Positions 18,794 to 27,393 of a DNA stretch of 61,314 bases are shown here, piece after piece. The stretch is from an uncultured Candidatus Saccharibacteria bacterium. Its GTDB lineage: Bacteria; Patescibacteriota; JAUYIX01; CAYNWW01. A program made the position numbers and the translations under genes. Location: contig CAYNWW010000001.1 in NCBI GenBank assembly GCA_964401055.1, positions 41,689 to 103,002 of the forward strand. The letters run 5' to 3'. The number at the start of each line of letters is the position of its first letter. Position 1 is the stretch's first letter. The notes under the pieces were generated by a model, which was given only the letters and a program-made list of their open reading frames with translations, was not told the DNA's origin and did no database searches.

Positions 18794-19675
18794 ATGTTTA
18801 TTGCAAAAAAACCAGTTCCAAAATATGCGCCGGTCATTTTGGTGATCATCGACGGTTGGGGGATTGCGCCAGCCGCAGACAACAACCCCTTTTTTCAAGC
18901 AACGGACAGTACGCTGCGGGATTTGACTTCGCAGTATCGGACGTTTGCACTTGAGGCGCCGCACTCGGTGGATGGATCGGAAATTGGACATACCATGCTT
19001 TCTGCTGGCCGGCCAGTGAGTGAGCTTGATCAGGGGGTGCTGTCCAACTGCTTGCCTGAAGCTATTTCTCATGCGGATATGCGCCAATTTTATGTGGCGG
19101 AAACAAAAAAATACGGCTATTTGACGTATTATTTCAACGGCCGTTCGAGCACGGTATTTCCTAATGTAAAAACGCAGCTAGTTGAAGCGAATCATGTGGC
19201 CGGGTACAAGTTTCATCCGCGCATGCAGACGCCAGAGATCGCTTCGCAAATTATTTCAAAAGTATCTCAGGGGTGGTATGCATTTTTTGCCACCAATTTG
19301 CCCAATATTGATATGGTCGCGCATACCGGTGATCTTAAGCTGACTTGCGCCGCGGTCAATCACGTGAGTCGCGCGGTGCGTAAAATCGTAGATGTGGCGT
19401 TGTCCTGCGGCGGGGTGGTGGTGCTTGCGGCTGATCACGGAAATGCTGAGCGCGTGGAAGCGAAAATCCCCGGCCAATCTGCGCTGACGCACACCAACAA
19501 CCCGGTGCCGTGCTGCATTGTGGGTCAAGATTTCGCGTGGTCAGCTGAAGAGGTTGCAATACCGTTGCACGAACGTCCGGTGGCTGGTTCGATCGCGCGA
19601 GTGGCGCCGACGATCTTGAGTCTGCTTGGTATTGCGCAACCGCCCGAAATGACCGAGAAGAGTTTACTCATTTAG
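18794..19675 (+). CDS. Cofactor-independent phosphoglycerate mutase-like protein lacking the phosphotransferase domain
   Basis: 293 aa. Aligns to iPGM at the N-terminus (VILVIIDGWG, GSEIGH) and from about residue 95 onward (AETKKYGYLTYYFNG, NIDMVAHTGD, ADHGNAE, THTNNPVP, EMTEKSLLI). The roughly 230-aa middle domain is absent. Confidence 0.7.
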   Translation: MFIAKKPVPKYAPVILVIIDGWGIAPAADNNPFFQATDSTLRDLTSQYRTFALEAPHSVDGSEIGHTMLSAGRPVSELDQGVLSNCLPEAISHADMRQFYVAETKKYGYLTYYFNGRSSTVFPNVKTQLVEANHVAGYKFHPRMQTPEIASQIISKVSQGWYAFFATNLPNIDMVAHTGDLKLTCAAVNHVSRAVRKIVDVALSCGGVVVLAADHGNAERVEAKIPGQSALTHTNNPVPCCIVGQDFAWSAEEVAIPLHERPVAGSIARVAPTILSLLGIAQPPEMTEKSLLI

Positions 19676-19691
19676 CGTTAATTTTATATCC

Positions 19692-20702
19692 ATGGTGGAC
19701 GTAATTACAATCGGAAGCGCGTTGCAAGATGTGGTGATCCAAACAGAGGGCGGAGTTTTTGTTGATACGCCGGAAGATGCATTGTCGTTGCGCAAGTTGG
19801 CCTTTGAATTGGGTGCAAAAGTGCCGGTGCAGGCGGTGACTGTCGGGGTGGGTGGCGGTGCAGCAAACACGGCGGTTGCTTTTACGAAGCTGGGTGTGCG
19901 CACGGCGATTGCAGCGCGTGTCGGCAACGATGATCAAGGGCGAAAAATTAGCGAAGAGCTTGCGCGGCAACATATCGACACCACGCTCATGCAGCGCGAT
20001 TCTGTGTTACAAACCGGACTTTCGACAGTGGTCATCAAAACTCCTGAAAGCGAGCATGTGGCATTTCCGTACAGAGGCGCAAATGAAGCGTTGGTGGCGC
20101 CCTCGCCGGATGCTCTTGATCGGCTTAGTCCGCGGTTGCTATATGTGTGTGCACTGCAAGGTGCGCATTGGCAGCGCGAATGGGATGTGATTGCCGAATA
20201 CGCTGCGCGCCGAAAGATTGCACTCGTATCCAACCCGGGAAGTCCGCAGTTGTCACTCCCGATTGACGAGTTGCGGGGGTATATTAAGCGATTGAGCATT
20301 TTGTTGGTCAACAAAGATGAGGCGTCAGAAATCGTGGCGCGCGAGACGCCGGGCGAGAAGAATTTTTCTATCAAGCATTTGCTTGCGCAGCTGAGCGGGT
20401 TTGGCGCGGAGTGGGTTGTGATCACTGATGGCGAACAAGGCGCGTATGCGACTGATGGCCGATCGACGTATCATGCGCAAGCGCTTCAGGTGAAGGCAGT
20501 GGATACCATCGGTGCCGGAGATGCATTTGGATCGGCGTTGGCGGCCGGGATGATTTTGTCCAGCTGGAATATGGAGACCGCACTTGCGTATGGCGTGATC
20601 AATGCAGCGTCGGCAGTGACTATTGTTGGTGCGCAGACCGGGTTTTTGACGCGGGATGAAATCGAGCAGCAGCGCAAGCGAGCTATTATTAAATTAATCT
20701 AA
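19692..20702 (+). CDS. PfkB-family carbohydrate kinase
   Basis: GGGAANTAVAF..LG near the N-terminus and DTIGAGDAF near the C-terminus (ribokinase/PfkB signatures). Confidence 0.8.
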   Translation: MVDVITIGSALQDVVIQTEGGVFVDTPEDALSLRKLAFELGAKVPVQAVTVGVGGGAANTAVAFTKLGVRTAIAARVGNDDQGRKISEELARQHIDTTLMQRDSVLQTGLSTVVIKTPESEHVAFPYRGANEALVAPSPDALDRLSPRLLYVCALQGAHWQREWDVIAEYAARRKIALVSNPGSPQLSLPIDELRGYIKRLSILLVNKDEASEIVARETPGEKNFSIKHLLAQLSGFGAEWVVITDGEQGAYATDGRSTYHAQALQVKAVDTIGAGDAFGSALAAGMILSSWNMETALAYGVINAASAVTIVGAQTGFLTRDEIEQQRKRAIIKLI

Positions 20703-21323
20703 ATGACTGAAATGAATGCGGGCACGAACCCGAGTCAGGTGATTCCGATCGAGGTATCTGCGCGACACGTGCATTTGACGAAGGCGGATTTTGAGATGCT
20801 GTTTGGCGTGGGAGCTGAATTGCATGTGGCAAAAGAATTATCCCAGCCGGGTCAGTTTGCAGCTGTGGAAACGGTGGGCGTGGTTGGCGCGCGCGGTGAA
20901 TTTGAACGCGTGCGGATTGTGGGGCCGTTGCGAGCGTATACACAAGCTGAGCTTGCGTGGACGGATGCTCTGCATCTGGGTGTGCGTCCGCCGGTGCGGA
21001 TGTCCGGGGATTTGCGTGATGCTGCGAGCGTGACGTTGCGCGGGCCTGTGGGCATGGTGTCGGATCGCGCGTGTGCGATCGTGGCCAAACGCCACATTCA
21101 TATCAACCCTGCGCAAGCGGCGTCGCTCGGTGTGACGCAAGGTGCGTTGGTGGCTGTGCATGTGCCGGGTGAGCGGGGCGCGGTGTTTGATCAGGTGATT
21201 GTGCGCATTGATGCGCAATTTGATTTGCGATTACATCTGGATACTGATGAAGGCAATGCGTGTGGTGCGTCGGCTGCGATGGCCGCAGGCAGTGGCGAGG
21301 CGCTCGAGGCGTATTTGGCATGA
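20703..21323 (+). CDS. pduL: Phosphate acyltransferase PduL (phosphotransacetylase/propanoyltransferase)
   Basis: IPIEVSARHVHL, LSQPGQFAA.ETV, RHIHI and HLDTDEGNA, the duplicated PduL motifs. Confidence 0.85.
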   Translation: MTEMNAGTNPSQVIPIEVSARHVHLTKADFEMLFGVGAELHVAKELSQPGQFAAVETVGVVGARGEFERVRIVGPLRAYTQAELAWTDALHLGVRPPVRMSGDLRDAASVTLRGPVGMVSDRACAIVAKRHIHINPAQAASLGVTQGALVAVHVPGERGAVFDQVIVRIDAQFDLRLHLDTDEGNACGASAAMAAGSGEALEAYLA

Positions 21324-23146
21324 GTGTCGATGGAGCTGTCGAGTTTGATCCGTTGCGGGTCGGCGCGGTCGCTGAGCGGAAATCGCTGCGATTGAAAGAA
21401 TGGCGGGTGGCGCCGCGTTTTGAGGGCGCGCTGAGTGCGGCACTTCCCGGGCTGGCGCCTTTGGAACTGCAATTGTTGTCCAACCGCGGTTTGCGCGATC
21501 CGCAGGCGGTGGATGAATTTTTGCGTTCGGAATTTGCCGAACATATTTATGATCCGGCATTGCTGAAAGACGCCGAGCGTGCGGTGGAGCGGATCAGCGC
21601 GGCGTTGCGTTCAGGTGAAAAAATCTTGGTGTTTGGAGATTTTGACGGTGACGGCGTGACCGCAAGCGTGGTGCTGCACAAGACATTTGCATTTTTGGGC
21701 ACAGCTGTCGATCTGTATATTCCGGATCGGGAAAAAGAAAGTCACGGCTTGCGGCGGGAGTCGCTTGCGGAGATCGCGGCGCGCGGAGTGAAGCTGGTGA
21801 TCACGGTGGATTGTGGGATTTCCAACGTGGATGAGGTCGCGTATGCGGCTACGCTCGGGATGGATGTGATTATTACCGATCACCACGAGGTGCCGCCGGT
21901 GTTGCCGGCTGCGGTGGCGGTCGTGAACCCCAAGCGTGCGGATTGCCCGTATCCGTGCAAGGTGTTGTGTGGGGCGGGAGTGGCGTTTAAGCTCGCGCAG
22001 TTGTTATTGCGGCGCGTCGGCGCTGAGCGCGGCAAGACTCTTGCGGAGTGCACGGCGTTTGAAAAATGGCTCCTGGATGTGGTCGCGATCGGCACGATCG
22101 GTGACTGCGTGCCGTTGCGCTCGGAAAACCGGACATTGGTGAAATATGGACTGATTGTGTTAAATAAAACCCGCCGACCGGGGATTCAAAAATTGCTCGA
22201 GCGGGCGGCTGGTGTGGCGCGAGTTGGTGCGCCACCGGCGGTGCTCAGCTCAACCGATGTGGCGTTTCGCATTGTGCCGCGGATCAATGCGGCCGGGCGG
22301 CTGGCGCATGCGCAACTCGCGTTTGATTTGCTTGCGACCGGTGATCTACTCGAAGCCGACGCGCTCTCCTTGCGTCTCGACAAGCTCAACGGCAAACGCC
22401 AGCAGCTGACCGAAACCGTCAGCAAAGAAGCGCGCGATCAGATCCTCGCGCGCGGCACGGACAAGTCGATCTTGTGGGCGATAGGCGGGGCTGCGTGGCC
22501 GGCTGGGATCAACGGAATCGTCGCGTCCAAGATTATGGACGAATTCCACCTGCCCGCGATCGTGATGCAACGTCGCGCGGATGAGACCGTGGCGTCCGGC
22601 CGAAGTATTCCTGAGTTTGATATTACGCGTGCGATCACGCAGGGCAAGCACTTGCTTACCCGGTTTGGTGGTCATCCTGGCGCGTGCGGATTTTCGCTGA
22701 AGAATGAACACGTGGAAGAATTTTTGGCTCTGCTGGAGCGCGTGGCGGCTGAGCAATTTGCGGCCGGCGGCGTGGTGGCGGGTCCGCATTTGGCTATCGA
22801 GGCCGAGCTCGGATTTGCGGATATTGGCTGGGATCTGGTGAAGCAGGTGGAGCGATTTCAGCCGTTTGGTCAGGACAATAAAGAGCCGCTGTTCGTGTTT
22901 CGTGGCATGGAAGTGGTGGATACGCGCGTGATGGGGAAGAAAAATGAGCACCTGAAATTGTTTTTTGCGGGCGCGGGTGGCGGTCGGGCGCGGGTGGCGG
23001 CGGTGGGATTTTACGCAGCTGAGCGCTTGAAATCGGCCGTGATAGGATCAATATTGGATGTGGTTGGCCGCTTGCGTGTCAACGAATGGCGCGGCGAGCG
23101 CAGTGTGGAAATCGAGCTCGTGGATGCGGATTTTTCTATTAGTTAA
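21320..23146 (+). CDS. recJ: Single-stranded-DNA-specific exonuclease RecJ
   Basis: DHH motifs FGDFDGDGVTA, TVDCGI and ITDHH, plus DHHA1 GGH.GA.G. ATGA overlap with the pduL stop. The ORF-track start at 21260 is inside pduL. Confidence 0.9.
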   Translation: MSVDGAVEFDPLRVGAVAERKSLRLKEWRVAPRFEGALSAALPGLAPLELQLLSNRGLRDPQAVDEFLRSEFAEHIYDPALLKDAERAVERISAALRSGEKILVFGDFDGDGVTASVVLHKTFAFLGTAVDLYIPDREKESHGLRRESLAEIAARGVKLVITVDCGISNVDEVAYAATLGMDVIITDHHEVPPVLPAAVAVVNPKRADCPYPCKVLCGAGVAFKLAQLLLRRVGAERGKTLAECTAFEKWLLDVVAIGTIGDCVPLRSENRTLVKYGLIVLNKTRRPGIQKLLERAAGVARVGAPPAVLSSTDVAFRIVPRINAAGRLAHAQLAFDLLATGDLLEADALSLRLDKLNGKRQQLTETVSKEARDQILARGTDKSILWAIGGAAWPAGINGIVASKIMDEFHLPAIVMQRRADETVASGRSIPEFDITRAITQGKHLLTRFGGHPGACGFSLKNEHVEEFLALLERVAAEQFAAGGVVAGPHLAIEAELGFADIGWDLVKQVERFQPFGQDNKEPLFVFRGMEVVDTRVMGKKNEHLKLFFAGAGGGRARVAAVGFYAAERLKSAVIGSILDVVGRLRVNEWRGERSVEIELVDADFSIS

Positions 23147-23164
23147 TGCAAGGAGACGGCGTGC

Positions 23165-23590
23165 ATGCGTGTGCAATTATTTACTGATGGCGGGTCGCGG
23201 GGCAATCCCGGCAAAGCCTCGAGCGGGTCGGTCGTGCTTGATGAAGCAGGCAAAGTCGTGCTGGCGCGCGCGGGGTATTATCTCGGCGTCACTACAAATA
23301 ACCAAGCTGAATACCAAGGCCTGATTCGCGGTTTTTTGCTGTGCCGCCAGCTGGGCGCGCGCGAAGTCGCGGTGTTTATGGATAGCAACCTGATCGTCAA
23401 CCAAATGCTGGGCAAATTTCGCGTCAAAAACGCTGAGTTGCGCCCGCGCTACCTCGAAGCCTGCCGCCTCGCAGGCGAATTTGAACGCGTGACTTTTACG
23501 CATGTCTACCGCGAATACAACAAGCTCGCGGACAAAATGGTCAACCGCGCGTTGGACGAGGGGCGGGATGTGGTGGAGATGGGAAAATAA
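23165..23590 (+). CDS. rnhA: Ribonuclease HI family protein
   Basis: LFTDGGSRGNPG...TNNQAEYQGLI......DS.L...Q......N..AD (the DEDD-type RNase H pattern). Confidence 0.88.
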   Translation: MRVQLFTDGGSRGNPGKASSGSVVLDEAGKVVLARAGYYLGVTTNNQAEYQGLIRGFLLCRQLGAREVAVFMDSNLIVNQMLGKFRVKNAELRPRYLEACRLAGEFERVTFTHVYREYNKLADKMVNRALDEGRDVVEMGK

Positions 23591-23594
23591 AAAT

Positions 23595-23618
23595 AAGCCC
23601 AATATCGATATCGGGCTT
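23595..23618. terminator. Bidirectional hairpin between convergent genes
   Basis: AAGCCCAATATCGATATCGGGCTT. The GC-rich ends pair, with A/T runs on both sides. This is the first hairpin of this kind I noticed after nt 1. Confidence 0.55.
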
Positions 23619-23629
23619 ATGGACGCGTA

Positions 23630-24196
23630 TTAGTGATCAAACTTCTCTTCAGCAAGTGGCTTGCTCACGCCGAGAGAAATTTGCCGCAGTTGTGAACTGG
23701 AAATTTTCACCACTACTTTTTTGAGGAGATTAATGTCCTCCATGGTGTAATAGTTTGGCTCTTCGTGTGTTTCATCAACGCGCCAATTTGGCTCCTGTTC
23801 AAATATAAATTGGATGCTCGGGTTTTGCGCTGCTTCATTGAGTTGAAATTCAAACTTGCTGCAAGGAAGGGTGGTAATGAATACTTTTTCGCCATTCGTT
23901 TTCCATTGAAACGAAAGATACGGCTCAGATTGAATTTTCCCCGTGACGGAGCCGGCGAAGAAAAAGCTTCCGCCGGAGAGCGAGCCGTTGATTCCTTGTG
24001 AAACTCCTGTTGAAAGGAGTGGTTTTTCACCTATAACCCCTGCATTGTTCAAGGTATCAGCAAGAGCTGCAATGCGAGCTAATCTCTCATTCTCCCGCTG
24101 TTGCGCATCATGCGCAACAGCGTATTTTATCAACGAGATAAGCGCCGCAATAATTACAATCGCAATGAGCCAGCGAAGCATAGCGTCTTTTGTCAT
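23630..24196 (-). CDS. Hypothetical N-terminally membrane-anchored protein
   Basis: The ATG at 24196 is preceded by AAGGAGGT. One TM helix (WLIAIVIIAALISLI), then about 150 aa with no motif I recognise. Confidence 0.6.
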   Translation of the reverse strand: MTKDAMLRWLIAIVIIAALISLIKYAVAHDAQQRENERLARIAALADTLNNAGVIGEKPLLSTGVSQGINGSLSGGSFFFAGSVTGKIQSEPYLSFQWKTNGEKVFITTLPCSKFEFQLNEAAQNPSIQFIFEQEPNWRVDETHEEPNYYTMEDINLLKKVVVKISSSQLRQISLGVSKPLAEEKFDH

Positions 24197-24243
24197 GAGC
24201 AACCTCCTTGTTGATCCGCTAGACATATTATAGCGGAAAGAGC

Positions 24244-24272
24244 ACTATATCATTGAATTTTTATCTCGTCAA
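24244..24272 (-). promoter_or_regulatory. Sigma70-like promoter TTGACG-17-TATAGT for the 23630..24196 gene
   Basis: Read on the minus strand: -35 at 24272..24267, -10 at 24249..24244, 17-nt spacer. Confidence 0.35.
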
Positions 24273-24287
24273 CGGCGGATCTGAAAT

Positions 24288-24318
24288 TAAAAAACACCTC
24301 CGTGAGAGGTGTTTTTTA
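24288..24318. terminator. Intrinsic terminator downstream of rpmA (bidirectional form)
   Basis: AAAAAACACCTC-CGTGA-GAGGTGTTTTTT. Confidence 0.65.
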
Positions 24319-24329
24319 ATTTGTTGAAT

Positions 24330-24668
24330 CTATTTCTTCTTTGCCGCAGGAGCCTTTTTCGCCACTTTCGCTGGTTTCTCAACTTCTTCGTTCATCGGCA
24401 CTACATGCACATACTGTGCGCGGCGGAGTTGGCCGTTGAAGCGCGCGGTCTTGCGGATGGTAAATTTGACCATGCCGTCTTGGAGCGCGAAGAGGCTGAA
24501 GTCTTTGGCGACGGCCACGTTTTTGCCGGCGCGGAAGCGAGTGCCGTGCTGGCGGACGATGATGTTGCCTGTTTTGCAGACCTGGCCGCCAAAGATTTTG
24601 ACGCCAAGGCGCTGGGAATTACTGTCGCGTACGTTTGCTGTAGAGCCACCGGCTTTTTTATGTGCCAT
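24330..24668 (-). CDS. rpmA: 50S ribosomal protein L27 with a Lys/Ala C-terminal tail
   Basis: [27 protein letters not shown]. Confidence 0.96.
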   Translation of the reverse strand: MAHKKAGGSTANVRDSNSQRLGVKIFGGQVCKTGNIIVRQHGTRFRAGKNVAVAKDFSLFALQDGMVKFTIRKTARFNGQLRRAQYVHVVPMNEEVEKPAKVAKKAPAAKKK

Positions 24669-24688
24669 TGAGGTGAATTAAAAATGCG

Positions 24689-25966
24689 TTATCGTGCGCT
24701 TGTAGCGCGGGATCGCGCCTGGAAAACAAAAATCTCTCGACCCACCACCTGGTCTTCGCGCGCGTAGAGCAGCGAATTCCGCGGTGTTGCTTGTTCGGGT
24801 CGGAGGTACTGAACAACATCATAGCCTAGCGCTCGGACTTTGTCAATAAATCCGTCGCTCATGACAAACGCGCGTTTGCCCTGCTTGTCTTGGTAAAACG
24901 GGAAGGTGATCGCGATGCGTGCGCCCGGTTTGAGGACCTCCAGAAACGCTTGCAGCGAGCGGCCGATCAGCGGCTCGAGGGTGCTACGTAATTGAGCGAT
25001 TTGGGTGTCGGAGGGAAATGTCTCGAGCGCCGGGCCGAGCGTGGACTCGGTGGCGATGGCGTCGAAATAGTGTTTTTGAAAGGTTTTGCCCACGTCTCGG
25101 GCATCTGATTGGGACAGACGTGGCGGGTTGACCGTGCGCTTGATGCGCTCGAGTGCGGTTGTCACAAACCAATCCGCATTTTTTTGCGCGAGTTCGATCG
25201 CGTACGGGTCGCGGTCCGAGCCGGTCATGTTGTAGTCCGCGAGCATACCTTCTTGCAGCACGGTGCCGACGCCGCAAAACGGGTCAAGGATGCGCGCGCC
25301 CGGCTTGGCGCCTGCGAGGTTGAGGAGGATTTGCGCGAGCTTGGGTGGGAGCATGCCGATTTTCATATTGCGGCGCGGGCGGCCGACATCGCGCAGAGTG
25401 TAGAAATCAATGTCTTGGATGCCGCGCGTGATGCCGCAAAAGAGCAATCCTTTGTCGACAAAAAAGCAGAGTTCGGCGCCGCCTTCTTCGAGCAGGCGGT
25501 TTTTGTTGATTGAGCCGGCGTCGAGTGAGGTTTTCTTTTGTGCGCGGACAAAGCGCACGCTGCGGGAGTGCGCGCGCAGTTCGTTTTTGATCGACATGCC
25601 GACGGCGCGCATTTCATCCACGGAAAATCCGTGTCCGTATGCGCTGGTGCCGACCGTGATTTTTTTGCTTTTCATCGCGAGCAGCGGCGCGGTGATTGCC
25701 GCGAGGTTTTTTTGGAGAAAATTTACTTTGTTGCCGCCGATGACCGGGGATTGCCAAAACACTTCAATAATCTTGACCGTGCCACCGAGCGTGTTGAGCA
25801 ATTGTTGGGGCTGTGGAAAACTTTTTTCGTCTCCCTCGGTCTTGACCAAGCAGATGGAATTGCTGATTTGCTGCATCTGGTGCGAGATTGAGCGGTTGGC
25901 AAGAGCCGCGCGAATTTCAGCGACCGAGAGTTGGGGATTGGATCCGAGGACAAATGCGATCGTCAT
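24689..25966 (-). CDS. SAM-dependent RNA methyltransferase with a THUMP-like N-terminal domain (Trm11/RlmL/UPF0020-like)
   Basis: The ATG at 25966 gives MTIAFVLGSNPQLS. SAM motif I is DPFCGVGT. The 5' extension of the ORF to 26272 is rejected because it overlaps the divergent gene. Confidence 0.7.
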   Translation of the reverse strand: MTIAFVLGSNPQLSVAEIRAALANRSISHQMQQISNSICLVKTEGDEKSFPQPQQLLNTLGGTVKIIEVFWQSPVIGGNKVNFLQKNLAAITAPLLAMKSKKITVGTSAYGHGFSVDEMRAVGMSIKNELRAHSRSVRFVRAQKKTSLDAGSINKNRLLEEGGAELCFFVDKGLLFCGITRGIQDIDFYTLRDVGRPRRNMKIGMLPPKLAQILLNLAGAKPGARILDPFCGVGTVLQEGMLADYNMTGSDRDPYAIELAQKNADWFVTTALERIKRTVNPPRLSQSDARDVGKTFQKHYFDAIATESTLGPALETFPSDTQIAQLRSTLEPLIGRSLQAFLEVLKPGARIAITFPFYQDKQGKRAFVMSDGFIDKVRALGYDVVQYLRPEQATPRNSLLYAREDQVVGREIFVFQARSRATSAR

Positions 25967-26004
25967 TTTAACAAAATTTAATCTTGGGTTGCTAGAGTGA
26001 ATAT

Positions 26005-26394
26005 ATGAAAAGGTTTTTCGCAAAGTATAAGCGCGAGCTCGGCACGACCTTGTGTGTCCTGTTGGTCGGCTCGGCGTCATTTGCGCTCGGCCGGATTTCG
26101 GTCCTGTATCACCAGGAGCCGCTGCACATCGCCGACGGTGCGCCGATCGAGCAACGAATTCAGGAGTCGTTGGCGCGGCTGCAAGAGGGGAGTGCGCCGT
26201 CTGTTTCGTCCTCGCCTGCCGATACCGCCACTCCTCCCAAAGGCGCATTTGTGGCCAGTTCCGGAGGGACAAAGTATTATCCCATAGATTGCAAGACTGC
26301 GCAACGGATTAGCGAAGAAAACCGCGTGTATTTTCAAACTGCCCAAGATGCAGAAGCGGCGGGGTATTCACTCACGACCGCGTGTAAAAACTAG
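26005..26394 (+). CDS. Hypothetical membrane-anchored protein with a C-terminal Ada-like ('sunset'-type) domain
   Basis: N-terminal TM helix. The C-terminus KYYPIDCKTAQRISEENRVYFQTAQDAEAAGY resembles the ..YH..C....I...N...F.S..EA...GY domain. Confidence 0.55.
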   Translation: MKRFFAKYKRELGTTLCVLLVGSASFALGRISVLYHQEPLHIADGAPIEQRIQESLARLQEGSAPSVSSSPADTATPPKGAFVASSGGTKYYPIDCKTAQRISEENRVYFQTAQDAEAAGYSLTTACKN

Positions 26395-27266
26395 CGTTTC
26401 TTTTTGGATTTCGCGCCGACGATTTTTTCGTATTCTTTTTTCATCAGCAGTGCGTCCTGCTCTTTGTCCGGGCTTTCGCAAATTGCGATTCCGCCTACGC
26501 CGCAATCCACAAACGCGCGCGCCAGTGCTTTGTAATCAAAATCGCATTCGGCGAAGTTGAGGTGGTTTTTTTCACCTTTTGTGGTGTAGGCGATGCCAGC
26601 AAATTGGATATGAATATCTTCGACGGCCTCCGACCCCAATTCGCGCCGGATCTGCTCAAATACACCGCAAAAACCTTCGTACGAATTAACCGCGCCTTGC
26701 GTACGTCCGACCAAATGTGCGAAATCAATGCACGGGCGGATGTTGTCGCGCAATTTGGACAGCTCGATGAGTTCCTCCAATGTGCCAAACACGCCCAATT
26801 TCCCACCGATTTCCGGTCGCAAGATGGCTGGGATTTTTTGCATACGCAACTCGTCGGCGACTTCGAGGAGATTTTTCTTTACATGTTCATAGGCTTCTTC
26901 CGGCGCTTGTTTCAGATAGGATCCTGGATGAAACGCGATATCGCGTGCGCCCGCCAGCGCACCGATTTTGGCAGCTTGCAGCAGCATGGATTTGGAGCCG
27001 GCGCCATCTGAGCCGGGTTTGGGATTGAGGTTGATATAATACGGCGCGTGGACGGTGAGTTTGATGCCGGCAGTCTCGACTTCTTTGCGCACGCGGGCGG
27101 CGAGCATGGGCTTCATAAATACGCCATGCACGAAGGCGAGCTCCATCGCCTGGAGGCCGATTTTTTTGACAAACGCGACGTTGGTCACGCTGTCGAGTTT
27201 TTTTGGTGCGAGCGGCGGCTGGGCGATGCCCGAACTGCCAAAAATGAGTGATGCCATATCAATCAT
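26391..27266 (-). CDS. nfo: Endonuclease IV (Nfo) family TIM-barrel protein
   Basis: HAPYYINL, FHPGSY, RPEIGG, CIDFAHL and ICESP align with the Endo IV metal-ligand blocks. Its stop overlaps the convergent gene at CTAG. Confidence 0.75.
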   Translation of the reverse strand: MIDMASLIFGSSGIAQPPLAPKKLDSVTNVAFVKKIGLQAMELAFVHGVFMKPMLAARVRKEVETAGIKLTVHAPYYINLNPKPGSDGAGSKSMLLQAAKIGALAGARDIAFHPGSYLKQAPEEAYEHVKKNLLEVADELRMQKIPAILRPEIGGKLGVFGTLEELIELSKLRDNIRPCIDFAHLVGRTQGAVNSYEGFCGVFEQIRRELGSEAVEDIHIQFAGIAYTTKGEKNHLNFAECDFDYKALARAFVDCGVGGIAICESPDKEQDALLMKKEYEKIVGAKSKKKR

Positions 27267-27298
27267 GTTAACGTCTTGTCTTCTAGGGTATCATGAGA

Positions 27299-27326
27299 AT
27301 TGATTTTTACCCAATTTTCATAGTAT
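27299..27326. repeat. Left copy of a promoter-like direct repeat flanking the AT-rich insertion
   Basis: ATTGATTTTTACCCAATTTTCATAGTAT. 20 of its first 23 positions match 29481..29503. Confidence 0.45.
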
Positions 27327-27393
27327 TCTTAGGTTAAATCGCTTGCTTTGAATGGAAATAGAAACATAGTAAAAACGTAAAATCATTTTAAAC

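Noticed and set aside
25967-26272. The 5' extension of the methyltransferase ORF (the track gives 24689..26272, 527 aa).
   Set aside because: The extension is Arg/Pro/Ala-rich GC-driven sequence and overlaps the divergent gene 26005..26394. The conserved protein begins at ATG 25966 (MTIAFVLG...).
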